64,000 nucleotides of DNA from Candidatus Adlerbacteria bacterium (GTDB lineage: Bacteria > Patescibacteriota > Minisyncoccia > Phycocordibacterales > SBAW01), in contig CAVVLG010000003.1 of the NCBI GenBank assembly GCA_963749085.1, positions 5,432-69,431 on the forward strand. The letters are read 5' to 3'. Made by a program: the position numbers and the translations under genes. Shown piece after piece: positions 30,806 through 40,405 of the stretch (positions within the stretch are counted from its first letter, which is position 1; each line of letters starts with the position of its first letter). Under the pieces are notes generated by a model, which was not told where the DNA came from, did not search any database, and was given only the letters and a program-made list of their open reading frames with translations.

Positions 30806-32572
30806 TTAGCCAAATGTAAAGGTATACGCTTGAAGCCCCGGGTTGAGCACCTTTATTTCCAGCGTATGCGCCCCGGCAGTGGGGTCGCTTATAAGATTGT
30901 AGAGCCGGTCGGCCTGTATGACTGCCGTCGACGTTGTAGGATTGACGTCGCTTCCCGCGTACTGGCCTACGGGCTGGCCGTCGCGGAATACTTCGATAGT
31001 GACCGGCGAAGAGCTCGCGGCCGCTACTAAATATAGATTGTGTGCGTCGTAGAGATATTCGATGGTTTCATTGCTATCCTGCGACTGTGCGTACTCCGGT
31101 TCGATATCCCAGTTGCCGCCCAGATAGAGCGTATCAGGTTGTATATCGCTCGGCTCAGGAAGCGTAAAATTCTGTGGGCCACTTTGACCTTGCGGACCGT
31201 TGCCGAGATATTCGTTGCGGTTGGATCCAAAGTAGGTCTCAGGACTTTGTATGGCATTAAGATCATCTTGCGGCAAGTTCACCGTGCTCGTTGAAATGTC
31301 AGCGGTAGTGCTGCCGAGTTGATAGGCTCTTTGTGCTAGCGCCTGCTGTATCGCTGCTTCAGTCACGTTATAGTCTCCCTCGCCGGATTCTTGGTACACG
31401 ATGTATCCGTTGATATCTATGAGATAGTCATTGGGCCAGTACTCGTTGCCGAACGCGTTCCAAGTGTCGTAGTTGTTATCCTGCACGACCGGATACTGGA
31501 TGCCGAGTCTTTGTATGGCGGCTTCGACGTTTGACGTAAGGTGTTCAAAGGCGAACTCGGGAGTCTCCACTCCGATAATGACGAGACCTTCGTTTTTGTA
31601 TTTCGCATACCAGGCGTTGAGGAACGGTATGGTACGTAAGCAGTTGATGCAGCTGTAGGTCCAGAAGTCGACGAGCACCACGTCCTTGCCTTTAAATTGC
31701 CCTATCGTAATGGGTTGCCCGTTGGTGTTGAGATATCCGGTGATGCCCGCGAGCTCTGGCGCCTTTTGATACTCCTGCGCCTCCTCAGCCGGGGTCAGAA
31801 AACCCATCGGTGTTGTGGTCGCCTCCCCTACCGAGGGCTGCGGATTTCTTGCTTCAAGGAGTACCTGCTCTATCTGCGTGACGTCGAGGAAGCCAGCATG
31901 CGAGAGAAGCGAAGATTCAATGGTCGTGCTGTAGCCAGTGATGATAACGAGACCGATGATAATGAACAGAGCGCCGATGACGCGCTTAAACCATCCGCGC
32001 GGGTCCGACGCAATGCCGAGCGCAATCACGATGCGCTGGCCGAGGACGGAGACAGCGAGCAGCGAAATAATCAGACCGACGCAGTACGCAAGGAGATATA
32101 CGACACCCTCCGCCGGATGCACAGGAAGCACGGTCGCAAGCACAATGAAGTACGTTGGCGAGCAGGAAGAGAAGACAGGTCCGAGCGCCGCGCCCATGAT
32201 GATGTCGCCGATGACATTTTGCCTTGTATAGCCCTGTGCGAGTAGCCGATTACCTTGTAAGTTTATTTTGTTCGCGAAGGAAAACCGCTCCCAGAGTCCG
32301 GGGAAAAGTGTCACGAGACCGAAGATAATGAGAAGACCGCCCGAGACGATGTCCCAAAATTCCTGCGGCACGTTTATAAACAGCGTGGACGCTTTAAGAA
32401 GAAGCGTGAAGGCGAAGACCGAGGCGCCGAGCGACGCCGCGATGATAAGAGCCCGCCATACATTGGGTTTACCCGAGACTGAACCGCCGATGATGACCGG
32501 CAGAAGCGGCAACGTGCAGGGCGCGAGAACCGTAAGCAAACCTGCAACAAATGCGATAAGGAACAACGTCAT
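30806..32572 (-). CDS. DipZ-like fusion: CcdA/DsbD transmembrane thiol-disulfide transporter + thioredoxin-like domain + C-terminal beta-rich domain
   Basis: N-terminal LAPCTLPLLPV CcdA motif with ~6 transmembrane helices, WTYSCINCLRTIPFL thioredoxin CxxC, and a ~170-aa C-terminal domain. Confidence 0.75.
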   Translation of the reverse strand: MTLFLIAFVAGLLTVLAPCTLPLLPVIIGGSVSGKPNVWRALIIAASLGASVFAFTLLLKASTLFINVPQEFWDIVSGGLLIIFGLVTLFPGLWERFSFANKINLQGNRLLAQGYTRQNVIGDIIMGAALGPVFSSCSPTYFIVLATVLPVHPAEGVVYLLAYCVGLIISLLAVSVLGQRIVIALGIASDPRGWFKRVIGALFIIIGLVIITGYSTTIESSLLSHAGFLDVTQIEQVLLEARNPQPSVGEATTTPMGFLTPAEEAQEYQKAPELAGITGYLNTNGQPITIGQFKGKDVVLVDFWTYSCINCLRTIPFLNAWYAKYKNEGLVIIGVETPEFAFEHLTSNVEAAIQRLGIQYPVVQDNNYDTWNAFGNEYWPNDYLIDINGYIVYQESGEGDYNVTEAAIQQALAQRAYQLGSTTADISTSTVNLPQDDLNAIQSPETYFGSNRNEYLGNGPQGQSGPQNFTLPEPSDIQPDTLYLGGNWDIEPEYAQSQDSNETIEYLYDAHNLYLVAAASSSPVTIEVFRDGQPVGQYAGSDVNPTTSTAVIQADRLYNLISDPTAGAHTLEIKVLNPGLQAYTFTFG

Positions 32573-32580
32573 ACCTAATT

Positions 32581-32820
32581 TTAGTGTTGCATCATGGTAT
32601 CCGTGGCACCCATCATATCATCAGAGGAACTTGCTATCATAGTAGAAGAGCCCATCATATCGGTGGAAGAACCCATCATGTCCGACGAGGACGCCTCCAT
32701 CATCGGGCCGGAATTCTGCATCATGACATCGCTTCCCTGCGTCTCCTGCGACTGATACCAATAATATCCACCCCCGATCACGATAACCGCGCACACGAAA
32801 CCGATAATATATTTTGTCAT
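32581..32820 (-). CDS. small membrane-anchored Met-rich protein (seven MM dipeptides, DMMGSS repeats)
   Basis: Transmembrane helix followed by a ~55-aa tail containing 15 Met residues. Confidence 0.5.
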   Translation of the reverse strand: MTKYIIGFVCAVIVIGGGYYWYQSQETQGSDVMMQNSGPMMEASSSDMMGSSTDMMGSSTMIASSSDDMMGATDTMMQH

Positions 32821-32881
32821 AAGCCCAGTATAGTCAGGCGGCATGAAGATGTAAAGTTTACTTTACATCTGTTATCCACAT

Positions 32882-33244
32882 CTAGAGACTGCGATCGCTG
32901 TAGATACGAGTGCCGATTTTTGCCAGGATCATGAGAATAAGCGCGAGTACCAGCCATGGGTCTACACCCTGCGTCACCGCTTGGGAGGTAATACCGACGA
33001 CAAGGACCCCAGAGCCGACCAGAAAGGCTCTGCGTCCGGCGAGTGCGCGGTGGCTCATGTCTCGCTCATCGACAGCGTTTTCTCTGAGAACAAACACCGC
33101 AAAGAGACAAAAGACTCCGAGCACGGCGACGCGCAGCAGCATCAACACCGAGTTGGGCATTTCCATGCGGCTAGGCATGAGGATCAATATGGAAAGAATA
33201 ATCAAACCAAGTGCAGTAATGAATTCGAGAAAATTATTTTTCAT
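32882..33244 (-). CDS. small integral membrane protein (DUF2178-like) co-transcribed with an XRE regulator
   Basis: Four predicted transmembrane helices. Overlaps the upstream HTH gene by 11 nt. Confidence 0.5.
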   Translation of the reverse strand: MKNNFLEFITALGLIILSILILMPSRMEMPNSVLMLLRVAVLGVFCLFAVFVLRENAVDERDMSHRALAGRRAFLVGSGVLVVGITSQAVTQGVDPWLVLALILMILAKIGTRIYSDRSL

Positions 33245-33461
33245 AAGCGATGGTGAATAAATCTTCGACGGACAGTTTAAAGAATCTTGCTATTTTTATG
33301 GCCAGCAGCACCGACGGCGTATATTTTCCGCGCTCTATCGCGATGATAGTTTGGCGGCTTACCGACACCTTTTCAGCCAATTCTTCTTGTGTGACGCCGC
33401 GCTCCATGCGTATTTTTTGAACCGAGTTCGTAATATATGCCGCCATAACTCCCGTTTGCAA
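33234..33461 (-). CDS. XRE-family helix-turn-helix transcriptional regulator
   Basis: MERGVTQEELAEKVSVSRQTIIAIERGK HTH_3 motif. Confidence 0.8.
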   Translation of the reverse strand: MQTGVMAAYITNSVQKIRMERGVTQEELAEKVSVSRQTIIAIERGKYTPSVLLAIKIARFFKLSVEDLFTIAYEK

Positions 33462-33529
33462 AGTATACGCTCTTTGGTATGGTGTGCACAGACGTTGTTT
33501 TCAACACAGAGCGAAAGGTATAATGGGAA

Positions 33530-35086
33530 ATGGCACACGACTCCATTCTTATCGTCGACTTCGGTTCGCAGGTAACCCAACTCATCGCGCGCAGAGTGCG
33601 TGAGGAGAAAGTGTACTGCGAGATAATCCCCTACCAGAAAGCGCACGTGGCGCTCAAGCGACTTCGACCCAAAGGAATTATCCTTTCGGGAGGACCCGCG
33701 TCAGTGCTTGACGCTGATGCGCCGCTTGCTCCGGTAGTCTTCCACGCAGGTGTACCTATGCTTGGCATCTGCTATGGACAACAACTCATGGCGCATCAGC
33801 TGGGCGGCAAGGTTGAAGGCGGACACCATCGTGAATTCGGTCAAGCGGACATAAACATCAAACACTCCTCCCCTCTTATTGAAGGCGTATGGAAAGTCGG
33901 AGATGGGGGAAACCGCTACCCCGTGTGGATGAGTCACGGCGATCGTGTCACGAGGCTGCCGGAAGGATTCAGTATCGTCGGTACTTCCGAAAATGCTCCT
34001 ATGGCCCTCATTGCGGATGAATCGCGCAGATTCTATGGCGTGCAGTTTCATCTTGAAGTGGAACACACGCCGCAGGGAGGCGCGATTATAAGCAACTTCG
34101 TCCGCAACATCTGCGGGTGCAGGGGCGATTGGACCATGGCAAACTTTCGCGAAGAAACTATAAAAAGAATCCGAAAGCAGGTCGGCAGGAATAAAGTGAT
34201 ATGCGGACTCTCGGGCGGCGTTGATTCGGCAGTCACTGCCGTTCTCATTCACGAAGCCACAGGCGAGCAACTCACCTGTGTGTTCGTTGATCACGGCCTC
34301 CTGCGTCTCAACGAGGCCGAGGAAGTAGTGTCGCTCTTTCGCGACCACTACAATATCCCGCTTGCCTACACGGACGAGAGCGAGATGTTCCTGGAGGCCC
34401 TGCGCGGGGTAACAGATCCCGAGCAGAAGCGAAAAACCATCGGTAAGCTCTTTATCGATGTGTTCGAAGCCAAAGCCAAGACATTTGGCGGGGTCGGGTT
34501 TTTGGCGCAAGGAACGCTCTATCCCGATGTTATCGAAAGCGTATCTGTGCGAGGAGGACCTTCGGCGACGATAAAGTCGCACCACAACGTCGGCGGCCTT
34601 CCCGAACGAATGAATATGAAGTTGGTGGAGCCTCTGCGCGAACTCTTCAAGGACGAAGTGCGCATGCTCGGCCGTGAGCTCGGTCTGCCTCAGGGTTTCG
34701 TCGGAAGACATCCCTTCCCCGGACCCGGTCTCGGAATCCGTATGCCGGGCGAGATTACGCGAGAGAAACTTCTCTTGCTGAGACTCGCCGATGCCATATA
34801 CATCGAGGAGATCCGCAGGGCCGGACTCTACGACAAAATTTGGCAGGCATTCGCGGTGCTGTTGCCGAGCAAAGCGGTTGGGGTTATGGGGGACAAGCGC
34901 ACCTATGACCATGCACTGTGGCTGCGGGCGGTGACGTCGGTCGACGGCATGACGGCGGATTTCTATCCGTTCGACATGCAGTTTCTCGCCAAAGTAACTA
35001 ACCGCATCATCAACGAGGTCAGAGGCATCAACCGCGTCGCCTATGACACCACCAGTAAACCTCCCGGCACTATAGAGTGGGAGTAA
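33530..35086 (+). CDS. guaA: GMP synthase (glutamine-hydrolysing)
   Basis: GATase domain (LGICYGQQL), ATP-PPase SGGVDS motif, C-terminal KPPGTIEWE. Confidence 0.95.
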   Translation: MAHDSILIVDFGSQVTQLIARRVREEKVYCEIIPYQKAHVALKRLRPKGIILSGGPASVLDADAPLAPVVFHAGVPMLGICYGQQLMAHQLGGKVEGGHHREFGQADINIKHSSPLIEGVWKVGDGGNRYPVWMSHGDRVTRLPEGFSIVGTSENAPMALIADESRRFYGVQFHLEVEHTPQGGAIISNFVRNICGCRGDWTMANFREETIKRIRKQVGRNKVICGLSGGVDSAVTAVLIHEATGEQLTCVFVDHGLLRLNEAEEVVSLFRDHYNIPLAYTDESEMFLEALRGVTDPEQKRKTIGKLFIDVFEAKAKTFGGVGFLAQGTLYPDVIESVSVRGGPSATIKSHHNVGGLPERMNMKLVEPLRELFKDEVRMLGRELGLPQGFVGRHPFPGPGLGIRMPGEITREKLLLLRLADAIYIEEIRRAGLYDKIWQAFAVLLPSKAVGVMGDKRTYDHALWLRAVTSVDGMTADFYPFDMQFLAKVTNRIINEVRGINRVAYDTTSKPPGTIEWE

Positions 35087-35091
35087 GAGTT

Positions 35092-35122
35092 ACACCCTCC
35101 CGACTGGGAGGGTGTTTTTTTA
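35092..35122. terminator. bidirectional rho-independent terminator between convergent guaA and msrB
   Basis: ACACCCTCCC-GACT-GGGAGGGTGT stem-loop followed by T7. Confidence 0.6.
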
Positions 35123-35560
35123 TTTCCCTTCTCCTCCGTGCTCTTTAGCGTACTCAGCGAGCGCCTTGGCGTCGCTTTCGGCAAATTCGAGACTCATTGA
35201 GTTCATACAATAGCGCATGCCGGTTTTAGTGGGACCATCGTTGAAGAGATGGCCTAGATGCGAGCCACAATTGGAGCAGACTACTTCGGTGCGTCGCATA
35301 CCCATGGAGGAATCATCAATTAATTTCACTGAGCCGGGGATGGCGTCATCGAAGCTCGGCCAACCAGTGCCGGAATCAAACTTGGTATTAGAGGCAAAAA
35401 GCGCCTGGCCGCACGCGGCACAACGGTACATGCCGTCACGCTTTTCTTTAAGCAGCGCGGCGCTAAAAGGGACTTCAGTCCCCTTCTCCCGCAGCACGTG
35501 ATACTGCTGAGGAGTGAGCTTCTGCTTCCAACCCGCTTCGTCTTTTGGCATGTCATCCAT
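35120..35560 (-). CDS. msrB: peptide methionine-R-sulfoxide reductase MsrB
   Basis: Two CxxC pairs (CAACGQ, CSNCGSHLGHLF) and GWPSF motif. Confidence 0.9.
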   Translation of the reverse strand: MDDMPKDEAGWKQKLTPQQYHVLREKGTEVPFSAALLKEKRDGMYRCAACGQALFASNTKFDSGTGWPSFDDAIPGSVKLIDDSSMGMRRTEVVCSNCGSHLGHLFNDGPTKTGMRYCMNSMSLEFAESDAKALAEYAKEHGGEGK

Positions 35561-35572
35561 AGCGGCAGTATA

Positions 35573-36253
35573 TCATTGCGGCTGCGTTGAAATGCCACTC
35601 CCGCTAATCGGAATTTGAGGACCTAAATATTCCGGCACGCGGTTGGTCATTATGTCGAACGCGGCCTTAACCGAGGCCGGTATTTCGCGCACATAGTTAA
35701 AGAAGTACTGAATGCCCTGCCCCGCGCTCATACCCACGGCTTGGATGCCCAGCGCATGGGCGATAAAAAGGGCGCGAGGCAGGTGAAAGGCCTGAGAGAC
35801 CACGATGATTGAAGTTACTCCGAAAATAGCACGCGCCCGATACATGCTTGAATAGGTATCAAATCCTGCATGATCAAGAAAAATATTCTCTGTAGGAACA
35901 CCATGCGCAATGAGATAGGCGGCGACCGGATCCACTTCATCGTGGCTGAGCGTCGCATTGTCGCCGCTGACAAGAATTTTGGAAACTTTTCCCCCTCTAT
36001 ACAAGGCAAGCGCCTCATCCACCCGCTCTTGAAAGATCGGTGAGAGCATGCGCTGTCCGGTGACCGAAGCACCTAGTACGACCGCAACCGGCTCTTGGGG
36101 TACCGCCGCTATTGAGAAATACATATACGGCCACATCACTACTTGTAGATATGCCCACAACCCGAGCATACATCCCACTACGAAAAGACAAACAAGGAGA
36201 CACCAGCGCAACAGTGTTGCAGCGTCAGTCATAGCGAAAGTAGCACTATACAA
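35573..36253 (-). CDS. DUF218 (SanA/YdcF/ElyC) family protein
   Basis: Transmembrane anchor and a DUF218 core (VVLGASVTG...ILVSGDN). Confidence 0.7.
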   Translation of the reverse strand: MYSATFAMTDAATLLRWCLLVCLFVVGCMLGLWAYLQVVMWPYMYFSIAAVPQEPVAVVLGASVTGQRMLSPIFQERVDEALALYRGGKVSKILVSGDNATLSHDEVDPVAAYLIAHGVPTENIFLDHAGFDTYSSMYRARAIFGVTSIIVVSQAFHLPRALFIAHALGIQAVGMSAGQGIQYFFNYVREIPASVKAAFDIMTNRVPEYLGPQIPISGSGISTQPQ

Positions 36254-36256
36254 CTT

Positions 36257-36910
36257 TTACTCGCGAAGCGGAACGACGTCGCTCAGCGCCCCGGCGTTTG
36301 CAGGAATGACACACAATACCTTGCCCGTTATTTTGAAATTATCTTTGAGAATGATAGGTTTATACTTCGGATCCTTGGACTCCGGATAAAGAATGGTGAC
36401 GCCGTCCAGGCGCTCCAGTCGTTTGACGGTGACCATGTCCCCCACAATTGCGGCGACGCGGTCACCGTTTTTAACGTCATCGGTGAACTGGACCAAAATA
36501 TAGTCGCCGCTGTGTATACCGGCGTCGAGCATGGAATCGCCCACCGCGCGTACGGCCACTATCTCTCCTGATTCCTCCACTATTTTCTTATCGACTTCGA
36601 TGAACTCGTCATGCTGCTCCTGGGCGAACACGGAGAGGTCGTCGCAGCCGACATTGGCGATGACGGGAATAGAGACGGTTCCCCAGCCGCCGTCGGCGTT
36701 GCGCAACTCTATGTTGCGCCACATATTTTTGCGCCTCACGATGTAGCCCTTGTTCTCCAGTATCTCCAGATACTGCACCACCGTGCGAATAGATCTGAGT
36801 CCCAGGTTCTTGGAGAGTTCCTCAAGCGTTGGCGGCTCGCCCTTGGCCCTTATGTAGAGGCGAATATTGTCGAGCACCCGCTTTTGTTTATACGTGAGCA
36901 ATTGTTGCAT
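36257..36910 (-). CDS. lexA: LexA repressor (S24 peptidase)
   Basis: LTYKQKRVLDNI N-terminal HTH and a C-terminal S24 domain (VGDSM...VKRL). Confidence 0.9.
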   Translation of the reverse strand: MQQLLTYKQKRVLDNIRLYIRAKGEPPTLEELSKNLGLRSIRTVVQYLEILENKGYIVRRKNMWRNIELRNADGGWGTVSIPVIANVGCDDLSVFAQEQHDEFIEVDKKIVEESGEIVAVRAVGDSMLDAGIHSGDYILVQFTDDVKNGDRVAAIVGDMVTVKRLERLDGVTILYPESKDPKYKPIILKDNFKITGKVLCVIPANAGALSDVVPLRE

Positions 36911-36915
36911 ATACC

Positions 36916-36938
36916 AAGCCTAACACCTGTTTAGGCTT
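36916..36938. promoter_or_regulatory. inverted repeat AAGCCTAA-N7-TTAGGCTT immediately upstream of lexA; candidate LexA operator
   Basis: 8-nt perfect arms. The spacer contains CTGT. Confidence 0.4.
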
Positions 36939-36971
36939 TGGATACACAAATTACATAACTCCTGTGGATAA

Positions 36972-37259
36972 CTACGGGTGGTGATGGGGCTCGTGCATGG
37001 AGAACAGGTCTGCCCATTTGAGCTTGGCGACCCCGAAAAGGTAGATAATCTCCAGTATTCCCAAGGTATTAATGACCAGGAGTATAACAAACCACCAATA
37101 CTGACCGCGCCTGGCGCTGTGCCAAAGGCCTAGACCTTTCCAGAAGATAGACCAGAGGACAAACAGGAGGATAAGGGGCGCGAAAGCCCCTAACCAGCCC
37201 GGACCGCCGCTGTACATCATGCTATTAAATCCCGCCCCGCCCCAGTTGTGCATATACAT
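36972..37259 (-). CDS. small membrane protein, hypothetical
   Basis: Two transmembrane helices. Trp-rich, with a His tail. Confidence 0.45.
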   Translation of the reverse strand: MYMHNWGGAGFNSMMYSGGPGWLGAFAPLILLFVLWSIFWKGLGLWHSARRGQYWWFVILLVINTLGILEIIYLFGVAKLKWADLFSMHEPHHHP

Positions 37260-37276
37260 ATGCTTTTAGTATACCC

Positions 37277-37954
37277 CTATTTAAGAGTAATACTCTCCAG
37301 TACCACCGGGGTGAGTGGACGGTCCTGGGAGTCTACGGGCACGTTGTTTATGGCAGTGACGACGCTCATGCCGGCTATGGTCTGGCCGAAGACCGTGTAG
37401 GCACTATTGAGGCTCGGGTTATTGACCGCGTTTATAAAGAACTGGCTGCTGCCGGAGTTGGGTTGCCCCGTGTTGGCCATGGCGATTGAGCCCGCCACGT
37501 TGTTATTGCTTGGCGTTATCTCATCTGGAATGGTGTAGCCAGGGCCCCCGGTTCCCCACTGTGCCTCGTCAGCGTCGTTTTTGGTCAGAGGATCTCCGCC
37601 TTGGTCCATGAAGCCCTCGATGACGCGATGGAACTTCGTGCCGTTGTAGAAGCCGCTTTCGGCAAGCTTGATGAAGTTGGCGACGGTGATGGGCGCCTGG
37701 TCGGGATAAAACTGAATAGTGATATCGCCCATGCTGGTGTGAAGTATTGCTTCGGTGATATTGCTTGGCACGGTGGTGGTTGCATTAGTAGTAGTGGCTG
37801 TTGAACTTGTGGCTTGTGTTTGCGTGATGGTGGTTGACGCTACTTGTAAAGAAGAGGCAGGCGCGGGAGTTGTGTTATTGAAGGTGGTCCAAAACCAGAT
37901 TCCCCCGCCGAGGATGACAATAATACCCAGGATGATGAGAAATATTTTTTCCAT
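37277..37954 (-). CDS. cyclophilin-type peptidyl-prolyl isomerase, membrane-anchored/secreted
   Basis: Transmembrane anchor, Thr-rich linker, cyclophilin core (FHRVIEGFMDQGGDP, SIAMANTG). Confidence 0.85.
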   Translation of the reverse strand: MEKIFLIILGIIVILGGGIWFWTTFNNTTPAPASSLQVASTTITQTQATSSTATTTNATTTVPSNITEAILHTSMGDITIQFYPDQAPITVANFIKLAESGFYNGTKFHRVIEGFMDQGGDPLTKNDADEAQWGTGGPGYTIPDEITPSNNNVAGSIAMANTGQPNSGSSQFFINAVNNPSLNSAYTVFGQTIAGMSVVTAINNVPVDSQDRPLTPVVLESITLK

Positions 37955-37967
37955 ATGAGTTTATACT

Positions 37968-37976
37968 ATAACAAAT
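37968..37976. repeat. left copy of 9-bp direct repeat TAACAAATT flanking the AT-rich insertion
   Basis: An identical 9-mer lies at 39121..39129. Confidence 0.35.
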
Positions 37977-37980
37977 TATT

Positions 37981-39108
37981 CTAATTTACTGATTCAGCTT
38001 TTTGAGTAAGCCAATCTATATTAAAACGTGCCGGATCATCTTTTATCGTTTCATCCAATTCGCGAATAGAGTTATAAGAAAGGTATTTCACCGCCTTATC
38101 TAAAGTTAAATAAGGATTAGCAAAAGTAGGTCGTCTTAATTCATTAAATACTTTGGTCCGTCTTTCTCTAGGAGCCACAATAAAAAGCGGATAAGTTGAA
38201 TTAGGAGTTAAAGCTCGCAAGTCTGAAAGACGTAATATACCTGAGTAAACTGAAGTTGAATTTTCGACCTCAAACGCAGCTTTGACCGATTGTCCTAATT
38301 TCCAAACAGTATCAATATTTTTTATGTAAATAGGTACGTCTAACGTCTCGTGAAATTCTTTCAATACCATTGGTCTAAAATTCTCTCCATTCCACTCTCT
38401 ATTTTTATCATTCTCAGGAACCCATACATCGAAATGGGAGCGGAGCCCGAGACGAATCAGACGCCATTGCATTTCACTATGTTCAGTAGGTTGTCGTTTA
38501 ATCTTCTCATCGACTAATTCTTCAACCTCCTCAAAAGTCTTTGTCCTATCAATATCTATTTCCTCTACTTGTTCCCCACTCTGTAGTTTCTCAAGTAAAG
38601 AAATTAAATCACCATATTTGGTCATTAATTGATCAGTTTTAGACTGCTCTATGGCCATAAATCCTTGGGGGTGATAATTTTCTTTGTACCCAAGATATGT
38701 ATTTAAATCTGTAAAATTTACATCGAAAGCAACTTCATTAATCATGAAGTAAACTAATTCCCACGTTTGACCATCTACATCTTTTTTCCAAAGATATTCC
38801 GCAAGTGCAGGATTCTTTGTCTTTAATGCAATTTCAGCGGCTAAAATTATTTTCCCTTTTCGATAAACCATCACGTAATCCCCCGGTTCCATAGACTCCC
38901 AGTTACGAATATTACTAGGACCAGGAACTGCGCCCCAGATTGGATACGGGCGACCATGGGAGTATGCTTGAAGCTTTTCTACTTCGGTAGAATCAAGAAA
39001 TTTGGAAAGCTCAGGTACCGAGCGCTTCCTTTCAATTGTGTCGTAATAATGCTGGTCGGTCTCATGACCCCCTCCAGCCATTACAAAGAAAATCTTTCTC
39101 TTCTTCAT
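37981..39108 (-). CDS. PUA-like (EVE/ASCH-type) domain + C-terminal nuclease-like domain protein; candidate modification-dependent restriction endonuclease
   Basis: The gene is AT-rich in a GC-rich genome. The N-terminus has an EVE-like segment (PIWGAVPGPSNIRNWESMEPGDYVMVY). The C-terminus has a hydrophobic-D / EVE pattern (FDVWVP, IDTVW, AAFEVENS). The ATG at 39108 is preferred over the TTG at 39126. Confidence 0.5.
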   Translation of the reverse strand: MKKRKIFFVMAGGGHETDQHYYDTIERKRSVPELSKFLDSTEVEKLQAYSHGRPYPIWGAVPGPSNIRNWESMEPGDYVMVYRKGKIILAAEIALKTKNPALAEYLWKKDVDGQTWELVYFMINEVAFDVNFTDLNTYLGYKENYHPQGFMAIEQSKTDQLMTKYGDLISLLEKLQSGEQVEEIDIDRTKTFEEVEELVDEKIKRQPTEHSEMQWRLIRLGLRSHFDVWVPENDKNREWNGENFRPMVLKEFHETLDVPIYIKNIDTVWKLGQSVKAAFEVENSTSVYSGILRLSDLRALTPNSTYPLFIVAPRERRTKVFNELRRPTFANPYLTLDKAVKYLSYNSIRELDETIKDDPARFNIDWLTQKAESVN

Positions 39109-39120
39109 TTGTTTCCAGCC

Positions 39121-39129
39121 TAACAAATT
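39121..39129. repeat. right copy of 9-bp direct repeat TAACAAATT
   Basis: Matches 37968..37976. Confidence 0.35.
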
Positions 39130-39283
39130 TGACGAATTTTGCTATTACGGTAGACAAGATGGAGACGGGGAATTATGCTGACAGCCATGGAAGAAACTAG
39201 ACAAAAATTGTTCGAAAAAATCCTGAGCAACCTTCAATTTGTAACTGTCATCGCAATTTTCTTTCCTTATTGGAAGCTTATAT

Positions 39284-39907
39284 CTATTGCATCACCTCCT
39301 TCAGCACCGGCAAAATACGTGAAGCAATAATGGCATAGCCGGCATCGTTGGGATGAATTCCATCAGAGGACATATATTGCGGGTTGTTAAAGACGCCATC
39401 AAGCACACCGGGTACGTATGCGGTGTGGTACGTGGCCACCAGCTGCACAAACTGTCCGTCAAAGTTCCCAACCGTCGGGCTTATACGCTCCCCCACCAAT
39501 AGCACGACTGCTCCCCTGCTTTGTATGTTTTGAATAATTTCCCCGAGGTTCACAAACGCTTGAGTCATATTATCTTTGTCCAGATAATCGTCGCCGCCCA
39601 CGAGGAGAATAACGACCTTGGGGTGGTAGGCGCTGAGCACGTTGATACGCGCGAGCGCCTGCGCGGTCGTGTCGCCATCCTCCCCCAGATTAACGATAGG
39701 CTCATTGATATCCGCCGAGAGGTCAGAAACAAAATCGTGTCCAGGAGTCGAGCCCGCACCCACTACCAGCGAGTCGCCGAAGGCGATAATGTCGGTGCCG
39801 CTCGAGGGATAGTTGGTTATGTAGGAAGGCGAAGGCGTAGGCCGAAAGTAATATACAAGGAGCCCCGCGATAACAATGAGTAGAGCCCCCGCGATATACC
39901 AGCGCTT
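39284..39907 (-). CDS. SGNH/GDSL hydrolase
   Basis: GDS block (IIAFGDSLVVG), block III (LLVGGDD), block V (DGIHPND). N-terminal transmembrane helix. Confidence 0.75.
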   Translation of the reverse strand, partial: KRWYIAGALLIVIAGLLVYYFRPTPSPSYITNYPSSGTDIIAFGDSLVVGAGSTPGHDFVSDLSADINEPIVNLGEDGDTTAQALARINVLSAYHPKVVILLVGGDDYLDKDNMTQAFVNLGEIIQNIQSRGAVVLLVGERISPTVGNFDGQFVQLVATYHTAYVPGVLDGVFNNPQYMSSDGIHPNDAGYAIIASRILPVLKEVMQ

Positions 39908-40009
39908 CATCGCCCTATAATAGCAGGGGGTCGCTCTATTGTTTCTATAAATTGTCATCGGGAATGCGGAAGTGTATAGTGCGCGGCGGAACAAGTGGTG
40001 GAGATTCGG

Positions 40010-40369
40010 ATGATTTACTGTCTGATGAATACAGGTAAGCCCCTCTCCAATGGAGTCGGTAACCTACTTTTCGCGAAGGCCAAGGAAATGGTTCGCGAAA
40101 AGAAAAAGAGCCTTAAATTCAAAAGCGAGGAGTGCGTGGGGGTGCTCACGACGAAGTGGGAACACGGCTCTATGGGCACTATCTCGGGCCTGGAGTTTAA
40201 GGCTGAGATGGCGATCGCTTCCGGCGATACGACTGTTACCTTTCTTGTCCGATCATTCGATTTTGATCCGGAAGAAAGCGAGTGGGGCTTTGGTCCACTC
40301 GAGGATCTCGAGCAAATAGTCGCCCGCGAAGAGAGACCGCGAGGCACTCCTCGCTCCAAGCTCAATTGA
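40010..40369 (+). CDS. hypothetical protein
   Basis: ORF of ~120 aa with no recognisable motif. Confidence 0.35.
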   Translation: MIYCLMNTGKPLSNGVGNLLFAKAKEMVREKKKSLKFKSEECVGVLTTKWEHGSMGTISGLEFKAEMAIASGDTTVTFLVRSFDFDPEESEWGFGPLEDLEQIVAREERPRGTPRSKLN

Positions 40370-40405
40370 GCGCGCAAAAACGACCCGTAGCATCGCTGCG
40401 GGTTT

